Source: a virus
Taxonomy: Duplodnaviria; Heunggongvirae; Uroviricota; Caudoviricetes
DNA length: 64,000 nt
Direction: 5' to 3' (one strand)
Virus record (IMG/VR): IMGVR_UViG_3300034104_004745
Coordinates: 134,826-198,825 of that record
In this document: in pieces, positions 52,296-60,128 of the stretch
How positions within the stretch are numbered: the stretch's first letter is position 1
Layout: every line of letters begins with the position of its first letter
Made by a program: the position numbers and the translations under genes
The notes under the pieces: model-generated
The model's input: the letters and a program-made list of their open reading frames with translations, nothing else
Database searches by the model: none
Told to the model about the DNA's origin: nothing

Positions 52296-55139
52296 TTAGA
52301 TATTCTCAAAAGAAGCTCCTGTTGGTGTAATAACAAACTCAACATCAATAAATTCCAATGCTCTTGTAGGTTTGATGTAAATCTTACCTCTCAATGTGTT
52401 AGCATCAATATCCTCTGGATCATTTGATACAGTTACACGGAAATCATATAAACCTCTTTCTTTCTTGATTGACTCAAGGATTGGATTAACCAATCTTAAG
52501 AATTCTTGTCTAACTTGATCATCATTTTGTTCAAACAATAATCTTACAGCTACTGCAGAAATTAACTTTCTTGCTCTTAATAACAATCTTCTTACGTTGA
52601 TTCTATCAAGTGCTGATTCTCTAACTTGTAATGTTTTGTTACCCCAGATAATTGTACCTGTATCAGAGAATGTTGCAATTGGGTTAATTCTTGCTTTGTA
52701 AAGTTCATCTCTTTCATCAAGAGTTAACTTTTTAGTTGCTTTGATTGAGTTTACAAGACCTCTTGAATAACCAGCGACAGCGAACCAAGGATAAGAAACG
52801 TTATCAGTTAAAGCAATGTTCTTCAATACCTCACCTGTTGGTGGAATATAAAGTTGTGTAGCGTTATCTGTGTCTCTTACTTGAATCCAAGGCCAGTAAG
52901 TTGCTGAGTAGTTAGAATCAAATCCTAAATCATCTAATGCTCCGATAACCTCATCAGCACCAGTTGTACCGCTGAAATTAGGTGAGTTTACGATGTATAA
53001 TGAATCTGCTCTGTCATTCTCAATAATATCTACAGCTTGGTTTACAAGTGAACTATGGTCATTCCAGTTAATACCTGGTGTTGCAAATATGTTAATATCA
53101 ACAGCTTCAGGATTTTTGAATGTTTCAATACCTTGTAAGAAAGCATAGTAATCTGAGTTCCCTACCGCATTATTAAACACCCCACCATTAGTTGAGTGAC
53201 CTGCAGCGTATGTGGTTTTACCAAAAATAAAACCATCGCCATTCGATTTAACATTTCTGTATATATCCCAACCATCAAAACCACCAAATACTGGCATTGT
53301 GAATTTACGGAATCCGATTGCGTCTAATTTACCTTTATCTGTACCTTCTAAATCATAAGCGGTTGTTTTGTATAGATATTCACCACTAGTACCAGTGATA
53401 CTTGCAGCATTTGTAGATAAGTGGAAACCAAAAGTTGCGTCTGGCGCATTAGTACCTTTGAACTTAAACATATCTCTATCATAAACAAAGTGTTCATCTG
53501 TCGATAAACCTAAAGTTACTTTTTTAACTTTATCACCATTTGTTGTTACAGGTGTACCATTTGCTTCATAGTATAATAAATCACCGGCATCGTAGTATTT
53601 TGTTTTGAAACGTATACCACCAACATCAGATTTTGTTGTTATACCTTTGAAACCTGCAGGTATTGCATCTGTTGGTGCATCATCTGCTAATACCAACATA
53701 ATATATCTTGATCTTAATTCATATTCACTATCTGAAGTACCAATTTTTCTAGCAACATAACCAGGTAAATCTGGGTTCATAGTACATCTAGAATATTTTT
53801 CTAATACAACTTGATTAGCGTCAGTATCATTAAAATCACGAACTAATACATCAAATTCACCAGTATCTAAGTCAATATTTTGAATGGTTACTTTTACTTC
53901 ATAATTTGAAGCATCACCATCAGAAATTGTCAAGAAGCTGAATAAGTCAAATACTTTTCCACCTCTTACTTCAGATACTACAGTTGATGAACCAGCCATA
54001 TCCCACTGTGTCATAAAGTTATCACCTTCTGTAGTATTAACAACTGTTGTACTTAAACCTCTAATTAAACCTTGTTCAAAAAGATTTACAACTAAGTTAG
54101 GGTAAGCCTCATGAACATATAATGGATATTCAACTCTATCTTTATCAAAAACATCAGCACCTAATACTTTTGTTAAGTATTTTGTAGATGTTTGATCCAT
54201 TGAACAATTGAATGTTGCTACATCTGAGTTAATATCTGTAACACTAATTGTGAAATCCGCCAATGGATTGCTAGCAAGACCAGTACCAGTTACAGTTACT
54301 GTATTTCCTGTAACTCTATGTACTAACACATTTTGAACATAATTACCTCTTGATCTCAATAAACAAACTTGTTTATCATGATAATCGGTGTTTAATGATG
54401 CGTTATATTTAAATCTTGTTACAGTAAATTCTGATGTTCCAGTTGAATACACAAAAAGATAAGAGTAAACCCCATCTATTGTAGCATCAGTCGATCCTGT
54501 TTTTGTAAAGAAGGTATTATACCAATCTTTATTATTGTTTGCTCCGATAGGTGATAATAATTCAGTACCAGTAAGTGAACTTGTTGCAGAATCTGGAACT
54601 TCACCAATTGTGAACCATTCGTTGTGTGCATAAGCACCACCTGAATTAGTTGCTGCAACTAGATAATCTGTTATAGAAGAACCTTCTGTTGAAGTTTTTC
54701 CTGATAATTCTGCATAAATTGTGCTACCTGTAATGCCACCTGAAGTCGGAACTAATGAAATACTTCCAGTAGATCCACTTAATGAACCTAGGGTCACGCC
54801 ACCTAGAGCTTTAATGCTCCAAGTTTTGCCTGGTTTATATCCAGTAAGTCCTAATACACGGGTAACAAATAATTGGTTTGACTCTTGTAAATACGATTTC
54901 GCAACATATGGAAGTTCGTATTTTGGATTTCCAGCACCATCCTTTGCAGGACTTGTACCACCAAAATACGTTCTAAATTCATCGAAATTAGAAATTAATA
55001 TCGGTTCAAATGCTGGACCCTTTAATGTCTCACCAACCAGACCCAATGTTGTTACGCCTACACTTTGAGCTACGAATGTTAAATCTTTCTCTGATGTATA
55101 GACACCTGGAGAAACGAATACTCTGTTTGAATTTGCCAT
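52296..55139 (-). CDS. Tail sheath protein (T4 gp18-like)
   Basis: FVSPGVYTSEKD, YWPWI, PWFAVAGYSRG, RDELYKARINPI, IWGNKTL, RINVRRLL, PTRALEFI. Confidence 0.95.
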   Translation of the reverse strand: MANSNRVFVSPGVYTSEKDLTFVAQSVGVTTLGLVGETLKGPAFEPILISNFDEFRTYFGGTSPAKDGAGNPKYELPYVAKSYLQESNQLFVTRVLGLTGYKPGKTWSIKALGGVTLGSLSGSTGSISLVPTSGGITGSTIYAELSGKTSTEGSSITDYLVAATNSGGAYAHNEWFTIGEVPDSATSSLTGTELLSPIGANNNKDWYNTFFTKTGSTDATIDGVYSYLFVYSTGTSEFTVTRFKYNASLNTDYHDKQVCLLRSRGNYVQNVLVHRVTGNTVTVTGTGLASNPLADFTISVTDINSDVATFNCSMDQTSTKYLTKVLGADVFDKDRVEYPLYVHEAYPNLVVNLFEQGLIRGLSTTVVNTTEGDNFMTQWDMAGSSTVVSEVRGGKVFDLFSFLTISDGDASNYEVKVTIQNIDLDTGEFDVLVRDFNDTDANQVVLEKYSRCTMNPDLPGYVARKIGTSDSEYELRSRYIMLVLADDAPTDAIPAGFKGITTKSDVGGIRFKTKYYDAGDLLYYEANGTPVTTNGDKVKKVTLGLSTDEHFVYDRDMFKFKGTNAPDATFGFHLSTNAASITGTSGEYLYKTTAYDLEGTDKGKLDAIGFRKFTMPVFGGFDGWDIYRNVKSNGDGFIFGKTTYAAGHSTNGGVFNNAVGNSDYYAFLQGIETFKNPEAVDINIFATPGINWNDHSSLVNQAVDIIENDRADSLYIVNSPNFSGTTGADEVIGALDDLGFDSNYSATYWPWIQVRDTDNATQLYIPPTGEVLKNIALTDNVSYPWFAVAGYSRGLVNSIKATKKLTLDERDELYKARINPIATFSDTGTIIWGNKTLQVRESALDRINVRRLLLRARKLISAVAVRLLFEQNDDQVRQEFLRLVNPILESIKKERGLYDFRVTVSNDPEDIDANTLRGKIYIKPTRALEFIDVEFVITPTGASFENI

Positions 55140-55265
55140 TGATAAATGTTTGGTTAAATAATTTTATTCTTACCAAATAAATATCTTTGTTTTCAGCAAA
55201 GATTTCCGGATTTTTTCGTATTTATATCCTAATTTATCTTTTTATATCGTTATTTATCTTTATCT

Positions 55266-55424
55266 ATGGAAAAGAAAACCAAAAACGTAAAAATCAGCGA
55301 AAAGCATCACGAAATGTTAAAAACATATTGTGATAAAAAAGGATTAAAAATTTATAAGATTCTTGAAAAAATGATTGAGGAGGTGGTAAAACCTAAAAAG
55401 ACGGACATATATGATGAAGATTAA
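55266..55424 (+). CDS. 52-aa ribbon-helix-helix-like DNA-binding protein, missing from track
   Basis: MEKKTKNVKISEKHHEMLKTYCDKKGLKIYKILEKMIEEVVKPKKTDIYDED: short strand plus two helices. Confidence 0.7.
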   Translation: MEKKTKNVKISEKHHEMLKTYCDKKGLKIYKILEKMIEEVVKPKKTDIYDED

Positions 55425-56656
55425 TACACATATGTAACCCCGACCTTAGACCCCAATGTAGGTGAAAAATTCAATTTTATCTGGCTTGCACCAGTAATAT
55501 CAAATCCCTGACCTTCTTCCTCTATAAGACCATTAATGTCTAAGCTAACAATACTATCAATTGAATTATATAGTGTAAAATATAACGTAGACCCATCATA
55601 TTCAAAATATTCTGTTGTCACTTGTAATGTTTTACCATAACTGTCAATGAAAACACTATTCCTACCTTTAAAATATGTAATAGTTACTATACTACCTTCT
55701 GGTGGTGGAGAAGCAAAAGTTATTTTAGATGTCCCAGCTATATGGTAAAAATCAACATCTCTTTCTTGTAAAAGACCATTAATTGCCACATTGAACAACA
55801 TACTAATACTTTCACCTACACTAAATGCTGTCTGCATACCATCAGCAATAAATGTTGCAACGGTAATATCAATTCTCTTATTGATATATTTTTTTTGAAA
55901 ATTTGTATTCTTAGCAAATTCGGTCATTAGGAAAAATCTACTAACAGCCGGCTTAACTTCAAATTCATCCTGATCAATTAAAAAACCTAGCATTGTAAAT
56001 TGATAGTTTTGAAGATAAAACCTACGTCCATCTATTTGTTCTATTGGTGAATTATCCTCGATCTTATCCATTATAATAGGTATATAATGACCTTTTACCA
56101 TAGTATAAGCTTGTCTGGATGCAAATTTTTGAAGTATGATTTTATTAAATCTATTTAATTCTCTAAGTTTAGTACAAACAATAGTTACCTCAAAACTTAT
56201 ATCCACAGGAACCGGTTGAGGTATTTTGTAAATGTCAGCCCCCATTTGTGTTCCATTCCAAGTCGCAACGGACGCATAGTGAAATTGAAGTCTTTCTGGT
56301 ATAGTTCTAACAATCGAAGGATTTGTACCAGGTTGTACATCAGGTCTTCTTATGACACCAACAAACGGAACTTTTAAATTACCGTCATCATCAGAAAATT
56401 CCCAAGTGTTCATTATTTGAGCCCATCTCTGAATGGTTAATATTTTAGGAATTACTGGTATTTTTTTACCGTCTGAAACAACAACAAAATTTTTTGTTAC
56501 AAACTCTAACATACCAGCATCTAAATCATCGTGTAAAACAGAATCTGGTAAAAAAGAATCAGATTTAGTTATTTTATCCAATAACTCTTCTCTTCTTTCT
56601 GTTAGAATTTTACCTTTATATATCTGTATGTCTGTTTTTCTTTTAGGTATTCCCAT
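55421..56656 (-). CDS. Tail terminator / neck protein (T4 gp15-like) with two C-terminal beta repeats
   Basis: PVPVDISFEVTI...LNRFNKIILQKF; precedes sheath; duplicated INGL.Q/E...I.F...P..GS.V.I/VTY domains. Confidence 0.65.
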   Translation of the reverse strand: MGIPKRKTDIQIYKGKILTERREELLDKITKSDSFLPDSVLHDDLDAGMLEFVTKNFVVVSDGKKIPVIPKILTIQRWAQIMNTWEFSDDDGNLKVPFVGVIRRPDVQPGTNPSIVRTIPERLQFHYASVATWNGTQMGADIYKIPQPVPVDISFEVTIVCTKLRELNRFNKIILQKFASRQAYTMVKGHYIPIIMDKIEDNSPIEQIDGRRFYLQNYQFTMLGFLIDQDEFEVKPAVSRFFLMTEFAKNTNFQKKYINKRIDITVATFIADGMQTAFSVGESISMLFNVAINGLLQERDVDFYHIAGTSKITFASPPPEGSIVTITYFKGRNSVFIDSYGKTLQVTTEYFEYDGSTLYFTLYNSIDSIVSLDINGLIEEEGQGFDITGASQIKLNFSPTLGSKVGVTYVY

Positions 56657-56657
56657 T

Positions 56658-57170
56658 TTAAACGCCTCTAAATTCTTGATCCTGTGCTATTGCACAAGTG
56701 ATAGTTCTGTAATATGGTTTATAACCAAATAAATGATGTGAGTTATCTGAGGTAACTTTACCATCATTTGTTACAGTATAATATCTTATTTTATTTTCTG
56801 TTTCTGGATAACCAATATAGTCTCCATATTTTATATCCACACCAAGATCTTCTAAATGTCTTATATAAACAGACAAAATCAAATTACCAGGTTCAAGGTA
56901 TCGTAACATACCACCCTTATAACTTGAGTTTTTAGGTGCCTCAACCTTAACCAAAGCATTAAACTCAATTGGTGGAAAATATTTGATTTCATCTTGACCA
57001 ACTTCACCATAAACGTCGTCTTTATCTGTCTTTTGTCTATCAACTCTATAAAGAACCAATTTTTGATTTATATCGCCATGCAAATATTCTTGACCTATCT
57101 GAATTTGTAAATTAAAGTCCTCATCGGAGAAAAATTTACTTAAACGGGTTATTGGTAGTTTATTGCTCAT
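56658..57170 (-). CDS. Head closure / neck protein (T4 gp14-like)
   Basis: LYRVD..KT..DDVYGE...PPIEF...IKYGDYI; upstream of the gp15-like gene. Confidence 0.65.
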   Translation of the reverse strand: MSNKLPITRLSKFFSDEDFNLQIQIGQEYLHGDINQKLVLYRVDRQKTDKDDVYGEVGQDEIKYFPPIEFNALVKVEAPKNSSYKGGMLRYLEPGNLILSVYIRHLEDLGVDIKYGDYIGYPETENKIRYYTVTNDGKVTSDNSHHLFGYKPYYRTITCAIAQDQEFRGV

Positions 57171-57175
57171 AATAG

Positions 57176-57183
57176 TATAAATA
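57176..57183 (-). promoter_or_regulatory. TATTTAT late-promoter-like motif, representative of 13 minus-strand copies
   Basis: TATTTATA 5 nt before ATG 57170; other copies listed in findings. Confidence 0.6.
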
Positions 57184-57222
57184 GTTTATAAAGTATTTAG
57201 AATTACCTATATTATATACTAT

Positions 57223-58974
57223 ATGGAAACTAAAATACCAGAAATAGTTGCGAGAGAGATTCTATTTTCATATGCTGGCTCTAATAACCATCTTTTAGAA
57301 TTAAAAAGAAAGGCTTTACAGCTTAAGAATTATTCATTGAGTAGAACTCAAGCTGATTATATTATAAAGTATGAAAAAGTAATACCCAAGGTTGCTAGAA
57401 AATGGGTTAAAGTATTTGCATCTTTTTCTGAAAAAATAAGAGAGGATCGATTATTACCAAACGCCCCAGAGCAAATTTGGGTAGAAAAACTATTGTGTGA
57501 AACAGACAAGGCTTACCATATTTGGGGTAAAATAATCGATGCAGATATATTACACGCTTTCTGGATGCCTAAGATGGCGATCGTACCAGAAGAGAAAAAA
57601 TTAAATAGAACTATTGATTATAGTCCTTATGATAATAGGCCACCTATGAATCATCAGAAAGAGGCTATTGAAAAATTATTGGCGAATGATAAATTCATTC
57701 TTGCTGATGATATGGGTTTGGGTAAAACTACAGCCGCTGTTATTGGGTCACTAGAAAGTGGGGCTAAAAAAATATTAATTGTTTGCCCAGCAACATTGAA
57801 AATAAACTGGGAGAGAGAAATAAAAAACTACACAGACAGAAGAATATTAGTTATAGAAGGAAGAAAGTGGGGATCTACATTTGATTTTTACATCATCAAC
57901 TATGATATTCTTAAAAATTTTCATACAACAGAAAAAAGCGAAGATAGTGAAGCGTACCAATTAATTGCTAACAATGGATTTGATTTAGCAATCGTTGATG
58001 AAGCACATTATATATCAAATGCAACAGCACAAAGAACAAAAATATTAAATGATATTCTAGCAACAATACCAAAAGTATGGTTACTAACAGGTACACCTAT
58101 GACTTCTAGACCAATCAACTATTATAATTTATTAAAAATAGTTGAATCTCCATTAGCATTAAACTGGCAAAGTTTTGTTAGAAGATATTGTGCCGGATAC
58201 CAATTTAGAGTAGGTAATAGAAAAGTTTGGAACACTAGTGGGGCGTCAAATCTAGATGAATTAAGGGAAAAGACTAAAAATCTTGTTTTAAGAAGAATGA
58301 AGACTGACATATTAGATCTGCCAGAAAAAATCATTACCCCTGTTTACCTAGAACTTCAAAGTAAATTCTATGATAACGAATTAGAAGACTTTATACGTAT
58401 AACTTCTGAAAACAAACAAAAAGAAAGTATATCAATAACACTTAATCGTTTAATGAATATTAGACAATTAATTGCAGTAGAAAAAATACCATATACCTGT
58501 GAACTTATTGATAAGTTTATTGAACAGAATAAAAAAGTAATTGTTTTTACCAATTTTACCTCAAGCTTGGATTTACTTCACGAAAAATATAAGAAAAACT
58601 CTGTGGTTCTTGATGGTAGGATGAGTAAGGAAAAAAGACAAGAAAGCGTAGATAAGTTTCAGACAAATGATAAAATAAAAGTTTTTATATCTAACATTAT
58701 TGCTGGTGGTGTAGGTATCACTTTAACGGCTGCTGAGGGGGTTATAATGAACGATCTATCATTTGTACCAGCTCACCACTCACAGGCTGAAGATAGAGCT
58801 TATAGACACGGTCAAACAAAAAGCGTTTTGGTTTATTACCCTGTTTTTGAAAACACCATCGAGATCCAGGTTTACAATATATTACAAAAAAAGAAAAACA
58901 TCATCGATCAAGTTATGGGAGATGGTGAGTATGGTGATACCTTTGCTAGCGAATTGCTTAAAAACTTAATATAG
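57223..58974 (+). CDS. SNF2-family (SMARCAL1/HARP-like) helicase
   Basis: LADDMGLGKT, IVCPA, VDEAH, LTGTP, LRRMK, GVGITLT, QAEDRAYRHGQ. Confidence 0.92.
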   Translation: METKIPEIVAREILFSYAGSNNHLLELKRKALQLKNYSLSRTQADYIIKYEKVIPKVARKWVKVFASFSEKIREDRLLPNAPEQIWVEKLLCETDKAYHIWGKIIDADILHAFWMPKMAIVPEEKKLNRTIDYSPYDNRPPMNHQKEAIEKLLANDKFILADDMGLGKTTAAVIGSLESGAKKILIVCPATLKINWEREIKNYTDRRILVIEGRKWGSTFDFYIINYDILKNFHTTEKSEDSEAYQLIANNGFDLAIVDEAHYISNATAQRTKILNDILATIPKVWLLTGTPMTSRPINYYNLLKIVESPLALNWQSFVRRYCAGYQFRVGNRKVWNTSGASNLDELREKTKNLVLRRMKTDILDLPEKIITPVYLELQSKFYDNELEDFIRITSENKQKESISITLNRLMNIRQLIAVEKIPYTCELIDKFIEQNKKVIVFTNFTSSLDLLHEKYKKNSVVLDGRMSKEKRQESVDKFQTNDKIKVFISNIIAGGVGITLTAAEGVIMNDLSFVPAHHSQAEDRAYRHGQTKSVLVYYPVFENTIEIQVYNILQKKKNIIDQVMGDGEYGDTFASELLKNLI

Positions 58975-58991
58975 TTTTATCTATAATCTGG

Positions 58992-58999
58992 TATTTATT
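58992..58999 (+). promoter_or_regulatory. TATTTAT late-promoter-like motif, plus-strand copy before the neck gene
   Basis: TATTTATT 16 nt before ATG 59016; orientation follows the gene. Confidence 0.6.
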
Positions 59000-59015
59000 A
59001 CTAAAAGCCATTTTA

Positions 59016-60128
59016 ATGAGTACTGTAATAAGCGCACCAGAAAAAGAAAAACTTTATAGTCAGACATTACACCTTTTGGGTATGCCAGTAAGAGGCGTTG
59101 AGCTGACGGAAGAGCAGATGGACTCTTTTCTTGAATTATCTGTAAATGAATATGATCAATTAGTGAGTGATTGGTTAATAGAATCTCAATGGTCTTCTTT
59201 GGCTGGTTTAGATGTTGATACTCAATCTTTAACAAAAGCTTTTACAAATAGAGACATTAATTACGAAACCCAATATACCTATTCATATTCTAAGATTGTT
59301 GGTTTACAGGCCGGCGGATCTTGGGAATTAAAAAAGGACTACATAACACTTAGCGGAAACACTCAGATATATGAGATCCCAGCTGGTAGAGAAATAAACG
59401 AATTATTATGGTTTACAAGAGCTGAATTAACAGATTCAATTGTTGACCCATTTTTAGGTGGTTTTGGTGGTCTTGGTGGTGTTGGTTTTGGTGGTGTGGG
59501 AGGTTTTGCTCAAGTTGGTGCATCTGGTTCTTATTTTCTATTACCCGCATTCGATTTGTTATTAAGAATGCAAGACAGAAATATGAAAAACCGTTTGATC
59601 GGTGGTGATTTAACATATAGAATTACTGCAGGGCCTAATGGTAAAAAATATGTACACTTAATGAACGTTCCTGGAGGTAAATTTGATTTTGGTTCTATAC
59701 AAAGCAACAATAGAGTTTGGTATTGGTACTATGACACATTCGATAGAGATACATGTCTAAAAGAAAACAAAGATGTTGTTAAACTACCTTCAGATGTAAT
59801 GACTGACGAGCTTCAATGGGACGAATTAAATAAACCGGCGCAAAACTGGGTAAGAAAATATCTTATGACTTACTGTAAAGAAGCGTTAGGTAGAATATAT
59901 GGTAAATTCTCTGGTGATTTAAAAGTACCAGATAGTGATGTTAAATTAGACTATTCATCATTATTAACAGAAGCTAAAGACGAAAGACTTAAGCTTAATG
60001 AAGAATTAATGCAAAGACTAGAAAGACTTCGCCCAGATAAAATGCTTGAAAGAAAAGGGAATGAAGCTGAGAACCTTAATAAGGCTCTCAAGTTCAGACC
60101 AATGACAAATCCATTTAACGTTATTTAA
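59016..60128 (+). CDS. Neck / head-tail adaptor protein (T4 gp13-like)
   Basis: LLGMPVRGVELTEEQMD N-terminus; WVRKYL...KEALGRIYGKF...V.LDYSSLL.EA C-terminus. Confidence 0.75.
   Translation: MSTVISAPEKEKLYSQTLHLLGMPVRGVELTEEQMDSFLELSVNEYDQLVSDWLIESQWSSLAGLDVDTQSLTKAFTNRDINYETQYTYSYSKIVGLQAGGSWELKKDYITLSGNTQIYEIPAGREINELLWFTRAELTDSIVDPFLGGFGGLGGVGFGGVGGFAQVGASGSYFLLPAFDLLLRMQDRNMKNRLIGGDLTYRITAGPNGKKYVHLMNVPGGKFDFGSIQSNNRVWYWYYDTFDRDTCLKENKDVVKLPSDVMTDELQWDELNKPAQNWVRKYLMTYCKEALGRIYGKFSGDLKVPDSDVKLDYSSLLTEAKDERLKLNEELMQRLERLRPDKMLERKGNEAENLNKALKFRPMTNPFNVI

Noticed and set aside
25400-57170. Bacterial contractile injection system or tailocin locus
   Set aside because: Interleaved phage replication genes and head-tail neck proteins indicate a genuine phage genome
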